A stretch of DNA of 64,000 bases from an uncultured Chitinophagaceae bacterium (GCA_964384415.1 CAYLMV010000004.1:6103-70102); one strand, 5' to 3'. Positions 35,955-44,086 are shown, numbered from the stretch's first letter. Numbers and translations: made by a program. Notes: a model not told the origin generated them from the sequence alone.

Positions 35955-36644
35955 ATGCAAAGACAGAACGTCCGCCGTTTATTCGATTCTATTGCCCATC
36001 GTTACGATCTCCTGAATCATCTTCTGAGCGGGGGGATAGATTTCTATTGGCGCCGCGCGGCTATTGATGCGCTCAGGTCATCCGCGCCAAAGAGGATACT
36101 CGATGTTGCTACCGGAACTGCCGATCTGGCGATAGCGTCGCTCCGCTTAAACCCCGCTGAAGTAATCGGTGTCGATATCTCCACACCTATGCTCGAACTG
36201 GGAAGGCGGAAGGTCGAAGCAAAGAACGCTTCGGCTGTCATTCATCTGCAGGAAGGGGAAGCTGAGCATCTGGAATTTCCCAGCGGTGATTTTGACGCCG
36301 CGATCGTAGCGTTTGGGGCGCGCAATTTTGAGAACCTCGCTGGGGGACTCAGGGAGATGAATCGTGTCCTCAGGAAGAGGGGAAGAATTGTCGTGCTTGA
36401 GTTTTCAAAACCGCGGGCATTTCCCATCCGGCAAATATATTTTTCTTACTTCCGCCATATTCTCCCCCTTGTGGGAAGGCTGATCTCAAGAGAGAAACAG
36501 GCATACCAATATCTTCCCGATACGGTAATGGCATTCCCGGACGGCGAAGAGTTTGTCCGGATTCTCAGGGATGCCGGTTTTTCCAGCATCACGGAACAAC
36601 GATTGACCTTCGGAATCGTCTCAATATATTGCGGCGAGAAATAA
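35955..36644 (+). CDS. ubiE: Demethylmenaquinone/ubiquinone C-methyltransferase (UbiE/MenG family)
   Basis: VRRLFDSIAHRYDLLNHLLSGGIDFYWRR is the UbiE N-terminal signature. The SAM motif is ILDVATGTADLA. At 229 aa the length is typical. Confidence 0.85.
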   Translation: MQRQNVRRLFDSIAHRYDLLNHLLSGGIDFYWRRAAIDALRSSAPKRILDVATGTADLAIASLRLNPAEVIGVDISTPMLELGRRKVEAKNASAVIHLQEGEAEHLEFPSGDFDAAIVAFGARNFENLAGGLREMNRVLRKRGRIVVLEFSKPRAFPIRQIYFSYFRHILPLVGRLISREKQAYQYLPDTVMAFPDGEEFVRILRDAGFSSITEQRLTFGIVSIYCGEK

Positions 36645-36680
36645 GAGAGACTAACTAGCCAGTAAAAGGAATCACTAACA

Positions 36681-37517
36681 ATGACCGACAGAGTAATCCG
36701 GGTTGGACATAGTCCCGATCCCGATGACGCATTTATGTTCTACGGTTTGTCGAGCGGGAAAGTTAAGCTTGAAGGAATCCACATTGAACATATGCTGGAA
36801 GATATTCAATCGCTCAATGTTCGTGCAATGAAAGCGGAACTCGAAGTGACGGCGATTTCGGCCCATGCGTATCCTTACGTCTCGGGTAAATATTGGATCA
36901 TGGCGACCGGCGCAAGCATGGGAGAGGGCTACGGACCGGTGATCGTATCGAAGAAATTCAAAACCCTCGAAGAGCTCAAAGGCAAGAGAGTCGCGACCCC
37001 GGGGAAACTCACCACGGCGACCCTGATCTTCAAGACGTTCACACAGGGGATCGAGAACGTCGACATACCGTTCGATCAGATCATGGAGAGGGTTTCAAAC
37101 GGTGAGTTCGACGCCGGACTGCTCATCCACGAAGGGCAGCTCACCTACAAAGCCGAGGGGTTTAACAAGGTGCTGGACTTTGGCGAGTCGTGGCAGAAAG
37201 AATCGGGCGGGCTGCCGCTGCCTTTGGGTCTTGATGTCGTCAGGAAAGACCTGGGCGAAGACCTGGCGCGAAAACTTTCTTACGGGCTCAAGCAGTCTAT
37301 TCACTACGGCTACACGCACCAGAACGATTCCATTCCGTACGCTCTGAAATGGGGGAGAGGCATCAACCAGAAGCTCGGAGAGCAATTCGTGAAAATGTAC
37401 GTAAGCGAGTTGACGATCGATATGGGTGAAAAGGGAAAGCAAGCGCTCGAACGTCTCTTCACGCTGGCGGGACAAAAAGGACTCATTCCTCCAGTGGCGG
37501 AAATCCAGCTCTTTTAA
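36681..37517 (+). CDS. mqnD: MqnA/MqnD-family protein (PF02621 type), best fit 1,4-dihydroxy-6-naphthoate synthase MqnD
   Basis: The N-terminus IRVGHSPDPDDAFMFYGL resembles the MqnD pattern (G.SPCPND.F.FYAL) more than the MqnA pattern (ISYLN..P). It has a periplasmic-binding-protein-like length (278 aa) and follows ubiE by 36 nt. Confidence 0.6.
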   Translation: MTDRVIRVGHSPDPDDAFMFYGLSSGKVKLEGIHIEHMLEDIQSLNVRAMKAELEVTAISAHAYPYVSGKYWIMATGASMGEGYGPVIVSKKFKTLEELKGKRVATPGKLTTATLIFKTFTQGIENVDIPFDQIMERVSNGEFDAGLLIHEGQLTYKAEGFNKVLDFGESWQKESGGLPLPLGLDVVRKDLGEDLARKLSYGLKQSIHYGYTHQNDSIPYALKWGRGINQKLGEQFVKMYVSELTIDMGEKGKQALERLFTLAGQKGLIPPVAEIQLF

Positions 37518-37538
37518 CCAAAGCCAAAACGATATCTC

Positions 37539-38405
37539 ATGCGCCTGGGCGAACTCTTCCGACGGTTTAGCAAGGGGATCATCATCGCCACGGTGCTGGT
37601 CGTCATCGAGAACATTGCGTGGATCGCCGAGCCGTCCCTTTTCGGCAACGTCATCGATGCCCTCATCGAAAAAGCGGCGCTGCCAGTCACGGCCACGTTC
37701 ATCCTTCCGTTGTCAATCTGGATCTCCGTATTTCTCCTCAACTCAGGAGTCGGGGCTCTTCGCCGCGCTCTCGATCCGAGGATCTTTCTGAAAATGTTTA
37801 CCGAAATTGCCACCGACGTTGCAATATCGGCCAAAGAGAGGGGGGACTCGGTTTCGAAGACCGCCGCACGGGCTGAGCTGTCGCGCGAGTTCATTACGTT
37901 CGCGCAGTACCGCGTCCCGGATATCATCGAACAGACAATCTCGATCGGCGGTGCGGTTTTTGCCCTTGTTTTCTTCGACTGGAGAATCGCCTTCGCATGC
38001 ATTTTCATTGTTCTTCCGCTTCTTTTGATTTCGCGGATTTACAACAAGCGGGTACTCACAATCCAAAAAGACCTGCATGATACAAGGGAAGACGCCTATG
38101 ATGTGTTTTCCAGCAAAGATCCTGAGAAAGTGCGGTCCTATTACACGAGACAATCAAAAGCCGAGCAAAAAATTGCAAATTGGGGAGCGTTCAACTTTGG
38201 AGCGATGCGGGTTTTCCTTCTAATGATTTTTCTTGTCGTTCTTTATATCGCTATCGACCTGGACGATTTCAGCACGGGGAGCATCTATTCGATAGTCGCC
38301 TACCTCTGGACGTTCGTCACTTCGTCCGAATATCTGCCGGAATTAATGGAAAGCTGGACCTCGCTGAAGGACATATCGCGAAGGTTGATGACGGAGAGTG
38401 TTTGA
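37539..38405 (+). CDS. ABC-exporter-type six-helix transmembrane domain protein with no ATPase domain
   Basis: About six predicted transmembrane helices are arranged like a type-I ABC exporter transmembrane domain (GIIIATVLVVIENIAWIAEPSLFGNVIDALI at the start). The ORF stops at 288 aa, and there is no Walker A/B or signature motif here or in a neighbouring ORF. It lies 21 nt after mqnD. Confidence 0.55.
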   Translation: MRLGELFRRFSKGIIIATVLVVIENIAWIAEPSLFGNVIDALIEKAALPVTATFILPLSIWISVFLLNSGVGALRRALDPRIFLKMFTEIATDVAISAKERGDSVSKTAARAELSREFITFAQYRVPDIIEQTISIGGAVFALVFFDWRIAFACIFIVLPLLLISRIYNKRVLTIQKDLHDTREDAYDVFSSKDPEKVRSYYTRQSKAEQKIANWGAFNFGAMRVFLLMIFLVVLYIAIDLDDFSTGSIYSIVAYLWTFVTSSEYLPELMESWTSLKDISRRLMTESV

Positions 38406-38493
38406 GACGGAAGGGAAGATGGAGGAAGGGAGATGGAAAATGGAAGATGGAAGATGGCAAATGGAAGAGGGATGGACGAAATGGCGGAAGGTG
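38406..38493. repeat. 88-nt strand-asymmetric purine-rich degenerate tandem repeat (ATGGAAG heptads) filling the whole gap between convergent genes
   Basis: There are eight ATGG-initiated units, including five consecutive 7-mers at 38433-38467 (ATGGAAA ATGGAAG ATGGAAG ATGGCAA ATGGAAG). I count about a dozen GGA triplets on the + strand. The - strand is C/T-rich and G-poor. No hairpin is possible. Confidence 0.85.
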
Positions 38494-39585
38494 TTACGCT
38501 GCCTTCGCTCTTGGAAAGACCTTTTTTATGTCGTAAAGCGTGCCTCTCTGCACCGCGTCAAACCCCGATTCGTGGATGAGCTGAATGCACTCTTCGGTGT
38601 TCGTTTTGTTGACAAAGTTCGCCGCCGCATGAACATTCTCTTCGAGGAGCGTCCCGCCGAAATCATCGGCCCCGAAATGGAGGGCAATCTGTCCGGTCTT
38701 TTTTCCCTCTGAGAACCACGAAGCCTGTATGTGGGGAAAATTGTCGAGGTAGATCCTCGAGAATGCGATCATCTGCAGATAGCGTGTCGCCGTGGCATAG
38801 TGAGGGATAATTTTTTCCAGGGGAGTGTTGCCCGGCTTGAAGCTCCACGGCACGAACGCCGTAAATCCACGATGCTCATCCTGGAGCTTCCGGATGCTTT
38901 CCAGGTGCTCGAGGATATCCTCATCGTTCTCGAGATGTCCATACATCATCGTCGCCGTCGATTTGTAGCCGATCTTGTGAGCCTCGCGCATGACACTCAG
39001 CCATTCTTCCGATGTTCCCTTTTTGCTGCTGATCTTCTTCTTCACGCGGTCCGAGAGAATTTCGGCCCCGCCGCCGGGGAGCGAACGAAGCCCGGCATTC
39101 CAAAGTTGTTTCAGCACCTCATCTATTGGCAGGTTCGCTACGCGTGACATGCCGATAACTTCGGAGGTCGAGAAATAGTGGGGATAGATTTGGGGCACCT
39201 CGGCGATTGTGCGCCGGACGAGTTCGAGATAATAGTCGAAGGGAATTGCCGGATTCACTCCTCCCTGCAGCAGCGCAGTCGTTACGCCTTTAGCGGCCGC
39301 GTCCTTCAGGTTGCGGAGCATATGGTCGACGGAGTAGGTGTATTCTCCCTGTTCGCCCGGATGGCGGTAGAATGCGCAAAAGATGCAATCGACATTGCAG
39401 ACGTTCGTATAGTTGGGGTTCGTATCGACGACGAACGTTATTTGCGGGGCCGGGTTCTTCTTGAAGCGGATGTTGTTCGCGAGATCAGCGAGGTCGAGGA
39501 GTTCGGCATTCCGGAGGAGGAAGAGCCCTTCGCTTTCTGAGATGCGCTCGCCGTTTCGAATCTTGGAGTAGAGTGCCGATTGCAT
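38494..39585 (-). CDS. mqnC: Radical SAM menaquinone (futalosine pathway) enzyme, best fit cyclic dehypoxanthine futalosine synthase MqnC
   Basis: The cluster motif is NYTNVCNVDCIFCAFYR. It also has the blocks LLQGGVNP, LPGGGAEIL and TATMMYGH. The FTAFVPWSFKPGNT block fits my recollection of MqnC (..F..W.F.) rather than MqnE (FIPLAF). Confidence 0.65.
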   Translation of the reverse strand: MQSALYSKIRNGERISESEGLFLLRNAELLDLADLANNIRFKKNPAPQITFVVDTNPNYTNVCNVDCIFCAFYRHPGEQGEYTYSVDHMLRNLKDAAAKGVTTALLQGGVNPAIPFDYYLELVRRTIAEVPQIYPHYFSTSEVIGMSRVANLPIDEVLKQLWNAGLRSLPGGGAEILSDRVKKKISSKKGTSEEWLSVMREAHKIGYKSTATMMYGHLENDEDILEHLESIRKLQDEHRGFTAFVPWSFKPGNTPLEKIIPHYATATRYLQMIAFSRIYLDNFPHIQASWFSEGKKTGQIALHFGADDFGGTLLEENVHAAANFVNKTNTEECIQLIHESGFDAVQRGTLYDIKKVFPRAKAA

Positions 39586-39599
39586 ACCAACTTCACCAA

Positions 39600-40406
39600 T
39601 TAGATTGATACCGAGTAACCTGCCGCTTTTAATTCCTTGATGAGGCTGAAACTGATTTCTTCCAGCTTCACGACAATTTCTTTTTTCTGTACGCCGGGAA
39701 TGTTTTTCGGCACCTGACTGTCTTTCGGATAGATGCAGCAGACCCTGTTCGGACCTATTTTCCCGACGAGATATCCCAACTCGTACATCGCACTCGGAAT
39801 ATCGTCCGCCGGAACGAGATAAAACGCGAAGTGCGTTGGCGGCTGTTTGTCGAAACTGGTAAGGAGCGCATCGCTTCCGCCGCCCGTGCGCTGATACACG
39901 GACGCCTCGATACCAAGCTCCTTGAGGAATGCGACGAGCTGCTGAAGAAGCGGATTATTCGCCGCAGAGACAATGAAGACGCGATTGCTGGCCGTTGGCG
40001 TCGTTTTCGCCGGAGCAGTTTTGGGGACCTCCACAACTTTTGGCTTCTCGGCTTCCAAGGGCGGTTTGGGGGACGGCGGTTCGGCCGGCGCTTTGACCGG
40101 TGCTGGTTCTACATGTGCCGGCGCAGAGGTCTCGGCAATCTTCAAGGCATCCTTGAGGGCATCGTTCACTTTCTGAGCGGAGGACTGATAGAAGTACGCC
40201 CCGTTCTCGTCGTTTGCTATCTGTGCGCGGATACCTGCCCCTTTCTCGCCGCACTTTGCAAGAGCGTCGAGACAATTTTTCCGCCAGAGGAGATACTGGC
40301 TCTGCATCTTTGCGTTGTACCCGGAGAACTCGAGACCTCCCTCGGGAACAAGCTTATCTCCCTGTTGAATCAATTCCCGAATTTTAGCCGCTAATGCTGC
40401 ATCCAT
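39600..40406 (-). CDS. Two-domain protein: helical N-domain, Pro/Ala/Lys-rich linker, C-terminal TIR-like (COG4271/PF10137-type) / nucleoside-2-deoxyribosyltransferase-like domain
   Basis: I re-picked the start to the ATG at 40406 (MDAALAAKIRELIQQG). The linker is APAHVEPAPVKAPAEPPSPKPPLEAEKPKVVEVPKTAPAKTTP. The C-domain is RVFIVSAANN...HFAFYLVPADDIPSAMYELGYLVGKIGPNRVCCIYPKDSQVPKNIPGV, which carries the (F/Y)ELGY..GK signature. The gene is packed into the mqn operon with gaps of 19 and 14 nt. Confidence 0.5.
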   Translation of the reverse strand: MDAALAAKIRELIQQGDKLVPEGGLEFSGYNAKMQSQYLLWRKNCLDALAKCGEKGAGIRAQIANDENGAYFYQSSAQKVNDALKDALKIAETSAPAHVEPAPVKAPAEPPSPKPPLEAEKPKVVEVPKTAPAKTTPTASNRVFIVSAANNPLLQQLVAFLKELGIEASVYQRTGGGSDALLTSFDKQPPTHFAFYLVPADDIPSAMYELGYLVGKIGPNRVCCIYPKDSQVPKNIPGVQKKEIVVKLEEISFSLIKELKAAGYSVSI

Positions 40407-40425
40407 GATCAGAGTGTAGGGTTTG

Positions 40426-42294
40426 TCAACCAGGTTGAATAGATACTTCGATCTCTTCGTAGAGCTTTCGGAACACCTCCATTGCCGTTCTTTCCCGTTC
40501 GCCGAGCCGGTAGTTGAATCCTTCAAGATATTCTTGCGTCTCGGAAGGCGTTAATCCGATTTGTTTACCGTGAAGCGCTCCCACAATATCGAGCCTTGCT
40601 TCGTTTCTGTCGAGGGCAGTTTCCAACAAGATCTGCAATTCCGATTTCTTCTCCGCTGAGAGCGACTTCTTAACGGCCCAAGCTGCAAAGACAAATGGAA
40701 GTTTTTGCCACTCGTACCATTCTCTCGCAAGGTCGAACACGAGTTCGAATCCGGGGAGCCCGTACTTATTCCGCCGAAGCGCCTCATCGCCGATGAGGAG
40801 CACCGCATCGTACGAACTGTAGTCGTTTACTCCCGAATGCAATCTGGCAAACGTGGCGCGGACCCCGTGCTTCTTCAGCAGGAGTACTTGAAGTAGCCGG
40901 ATCGACGTCGCCGTGTCGTCGGTAATGCCGATGCGTTTTCCTTCCAGGTCGCCCCATCCTTCTTTCGAGAAGAGCATGACGCTTTTCACCTGGTCGCGCG
41001 TCGCGATGCAATAATTCATCAGTTCAAGGGTGTCGTCCTGCGAAAAATAATCCATCAGAGAAAAAATGCCGGCATCGATTTCCCCCTTCGATGCGAGTTC
41101 GCCCATCCTGCGGGGGACCACCGGCAGAATTTTGAATTGCCGCTTTTCGAACCCCGCGTAGAAGGGGACAGAATTCAGGTACGGGATTTTGCCGATGACG
41201 TTATCTGTGTGCAGGCGGAGAGGGTTGTAGTAGGCGTCGCGTTCGACCGGTATTTTCCCAGCATCTCTGATGATCTTGATGATCTGCTCTTTGGCCAGGC
41301 TCATCGGGCTTACGGCTCCGGCATCGTGGGCGATGTTCTCGCCGCCGACAATACCGTCCATATCGTCCGCCCCGAAGTTCAGCGCTACCGAGGCGACTTC
41401 TTCCGTGAGCATGACCCAGTATGCTTTGATGTGTGGAAAATTATCCAGCATCAAGCGGGAAACAGCGATCGTTTTGAGATCGTCGATCGCAGAGGTGAAT
41501 TCATTTTTCGGTTTGATGCCCGTGACCCCGGGCTGGAACGCCAGAGGTATGAACGTAAGGAATCCGCCCGTCTCGTCCTGCGCCTCCCGGAGCTTCATCA
41601 TGTGCACGACCCGCTCTTCGTACGTCTCGATGTGGCCGTAGAGGAGAGTTGAGTTTGTAGGGATTCCGAGTTTATGCGCGGTTCGATGGACTTCGAACCA
41701 CGTTCTTGCACCGATCTTTTGATTGAAAAGAAGTTTTCGCACTCTCTCGGAAAAGACCTCAGCGCCGCCGCCGGGCATGGTGCGCAAGCCGGCCTCTTTG
41801 AGTTGAAGCAGGACCTCCTCGATAGGCATCTTGAATTTTTTGTGGAAGAAATCAATCTCGACGGCGGTGAACGCCTTCACATCAACGGCGGGGAAGTTCT
41901 TCTTTATCTGCCTCACCATATCGAGGTAATAATTCCATTCCCAGTCGGGGTGAAGCCCCCCGGTGATATGCACTTCTTGAATCTCCGGGGTCAGTTTGGC
42001 GAGTATGCTTTCTATCGTCATCTCGTAGGCGTTCGGCTTCCCCGGCTTCGTCGCAAAATCACAGAATTTGCACGAAAGAACGCAGATGTTGGTCGGCTCG
42101 ATCTTCTGGTTCAGCACAAAGTAAATTGAATCGCCGCTCTTTTGCTGCTGAACCGCATGAGCCATTTTGCCGACCGAGACGAGATCGGGGGAGTTGAACA
42201 TCGTCACGCCGTCGGCGAGTGAGAGCCGAATGCCGTTCTGGACTTTGTCCCAGATCGGGACGAGCTGCTGATCTCTAAAAATTATATCGATCAC
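40426..42294 (-). CDS. mqnE-mqnA: Fusion protein: radical SAM aminofutalosine synthase (MqnE-like) N-terminal domain + chorismate dehydratase (MqnA) C-terminal domain
   Basis: I re-picked the start to the GTG at 42294, 19 nt after the UbiD-like stop; the 704-aa track ORF overlaps that gene. The rSAM motifs are TNICVLSCKFCDFA, TGGLHP, MPGGGAEVF, TLLYGH and GGFLTFIPLAFQPG. The C-terminal 258 aa (about 41202-40429), IGKIPYLNSVPFYAG...GEIDAGIFSLMDY...VLLIGDEALR...LPFVFAAWAV, match the MqnA pattern. Confidence 0.7.
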   Translation of the reverse strand: MIDIIFRDQQLVPIWDKVQNGIRLSLADGVTMFNSPDLVSVGKMAHAVQQQKSGDSIYFVLNQKIEPTNICVLSCKFCDFATKPGKPNAYEMTIESILAKLTPEIQEVHITGGLHPDWEWNYYLDMVRQIKKNFPAVDVKAFTAVEIDFFHKKFKMPIEEVLLQLKEAGLRTMPGGGAEVFSERVRKLLFNQKIGARTWFEVHRTAHKLGIPTNSTLLYGHIETYEERVVHMMKLREAQDETGGFLTFIPLAFQPGVTGIKPKNEFTSAIDDLKTIAVSRLMLDNFPHIKAYWVMLTEEVASVALNFGADDMDGIVGGENIAHDAGAVSPMSLAKEQIIKIIRDAGKIPVERDAYYNPLRLHTDNVIGKIPYLNSVPFYAGFEKRQFKILPVVPRRMGELASKGEIDAGIFSLMDYFSQDDTLELMNYCIATRDQVKSVMLFSKEGWGDLEGKRIGITDDTATSIRLLQVLLLKKHGVRATFARLHSGVNDYSSYDAVLLIGDEALRRNKYGLPGFELVFDLAREWYEWQKLPFVFAAWAVKKSLSAEKKSELQILLETALDRNEARLDIVGALHGKQIGLTPSETQEYLEGFNYRLGERERTAMEVFRKLYEEIEVSIQPG

Positions 42295-42313
42295 AAAAAT
42301 CTCACGTTTACGG

Positions 42314-44086
42314 TTATTTCCAGTATTCGTCCCAACGTTGATCCACGAGCCTGACGATCTTCTCGTCCATAAGGAGAGGATCGGGATAGCCTGGTTTCCA
42401 TGTTGCATCGATGCCGAGGGTTCCATGGTAGACGGGGGAGATGCCGACCAGCTTTTGTTCCCTAAATTGAACGTCTCTTTCGCAGTCGAAACGCGTAAAG
42501 ATTCCCCAAATATAACTCTCCTGGCGATGAATATCCACATCCGGGCTCACGACCGCGAGAAGTTTAATGCCATCGATGATCGGCGATCTCAGGAGTCTTT
42601 TCAACACGGCTCCGCCTTCATGCTTCACCTTGACGATCAACAGCGTATCCTCGATGATGATCGTTTCCACTATCCTTCGGTCATGCTCGGGCAGCTGGGC
42701 AATGAAGTGCTGCGTCTTTCGCGGTACCCGGAACCTGCTTCTCGGCCGCTGTTTTCTCGTTGCATCGACAATCATCTTGCTTCCGAGATTCATTTTATAC
42801 GATGTGAAATCGAGCGTGTCCAACGGCACCTTCGGCAGCAGCATGAAATCGAAATGCGGATCAAAATTTTCGCGCACGGCTCGAAGGACCGAAGGAAAAT
42901 CTCTCGGGTCCACTTCTTCCGGGACGGTGACAAGGCATTTCGTGAGGGAGAGCTGTTGTGTGCCCATTAATCCCAGGGCCGTTTTCATCCCTTCTTTTTG
43001 GTATCGCTCCTCGACGGAGACAGCGAGGAAGTTATGAAACCCTGCCTCGTAGTACGCCCAAAGGCCCTTGACTTCGGTGTGAAGCAGTTTCGCGAGGGGA
43101 CCGAGAATTCTCTGCGTTGCGTCGCCGAGGAATTTGTCCTCCATCGGCGGGATGCCGACGATGGTGGCCGGATAGATCGGATCTCGCCGGTGTGTCATCG
43201 CGGTAATATGAAATACCGGAAACTCTGCCGCCGCAGAGTAATGTCCAAAATGATCGCCAAACGGTCCCTCGGTCCGTCGCTCCTTTGGAGGGACGATTCC
43301 TTCGAGAATGAATTCTGCATTTGCGGGGACGTTGATGGAGATCGAACGACCGCCGACAAGCTGCGTGCTTTTTTTTCGGAGGAACCCGGCAAACATCGCC
43401 TCGTCGATCCCCTCCGGCAGAGGGGCGACGGTTGCCAGGAGCAAGGCCGGGTCAGTCCCGAGGGCGACGGCGACTTCCAGCGGCCTGTCGAGTTTCATCG
43501 ATTGGAAAAAATGGAAGCCGCCTCCTTTCTGGATCTGCCAATGCATGCCGGTTGTCCGTCCGTCGAAAACGTGCATCCGGTACATGCCGATGTTTCGTTT
43601 GCTGTTGCGCGGATCGTACGTAACGACCTGCGGCAATGTGATAAACCGTCCTCCATCCTGGGGCCAGCACTGGATGATTGGTAACTCACCCAGGTTTGGA
43701 TTCTCGACAACTTCCTGAGAGGGGGCGATGCTGATGTCGCTCGTTCTTGAAGAGAGGAAGCGCCGTAGCATTGCGCGATGTTTCGTGAGGGACTTTGCGC
43801 TGGGGGGGATGGCGTGCTCGAAGAAGGAAATGAGTTCTTCGCCCAGGCGGTCCGGATGTTCGCCGAGTGCAAGCTCAATACGCCGCTCGCTCGCCAACGT
43901 GTTGATGACGAGAGGATATTTTGCTCCCTTCACCTTTTCGAAGTAGAGAGCCGGTTTTCCTTCCCTCAACGCACGAATCGCAATCTCGGAAATCTCAAGG
44001 ATGGGGTCGACCTCGACTTTTACCCGATGGAGTTCTCCGGACTTCTCGAGGTATTGGACAAATTCACGAAGAGCGGTAAATCGCAT
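42314..44086 (-). CDS. UbiD-family (prFMN-dependent) decarboxylase, menaquinone-biosynthesis type
   Basis: The N-terminus is MRFTALREFVQYLEKSGELHRVKVEVDPILEISEIAIRALREGKPALYFEKVKG. The protein is 590 aa and lies next to ubiX and a UbiA-family prenyltransferase in an mqn operon. Confidence 0.8.
   Translation of the reverse strand: MRFTALREFVQYLEKSGELHRVKVEVDPILEISEIAIRALREGKPALYFEKVKGAKYPLVINTLASERRIELALGEHPDRLGEELISFFEHAIPPSAKSLTKHRAMLRRFLSSRTSDISIAPSQEVVENPNLGELPIIQCWPQDGGRFITLPQVVTYDPRNSKRNIGMYRMHVFDGRTTGMHWQIQKGGGFHFFQSMKLDRPLEVAVALGTDPALLLATVAPLPEGIDEAMFAGFLRKKSTQLVGGRSISINVPANAEFILEGIVPPKERRTEGPFGDHFGHYSAAAEFPVFHITAMTHRRDPIYPATIVGIPPMEDKFLGDATQRILGPLAKLLHTEVKGLWAYYEAGFHNFLAVSVEERYQKEGMKTALGLMGTQQLSLTKCLVTVPEEVDPRDFPSVLRAVRENFDPHFDFMLLPKVPLDTLDFTSYKMNLGSKMIVDATRKQRPRSRFRVPRKTQHFIAQLPEHDRRIVETIIIEDTLLIVKVKHEGGAVLKRLLRSPIIDGIKLLAVVSPDVDIHRQESYIWGIFTRFDCERDVQFREQKLVGISPVYHGTLGIDATWKPGYPDPLLMDEKIVRLVDQRWDEYWK

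Noticed and set aside
38398-38712. A 104-aa ORF (and the 38180-38536 ORF) encoding GRWKMEDGRW-type repeats
   Set aside because: The peptide repeats are simply the translation of the ATGGAAG heptad tract. The rest of the ORF is antisense to the well-supported mqnC gene.
42295-42540. The N-terminal extension of the mqnE-mqnA ORF (704 aa in the track)
   Set aside because: The extension overlaps the end of the UbiD-family gene in another frame. A GTG at 42294 lies 19 nt after that gene's stop and yields a normal MqnE-type N-terminus.
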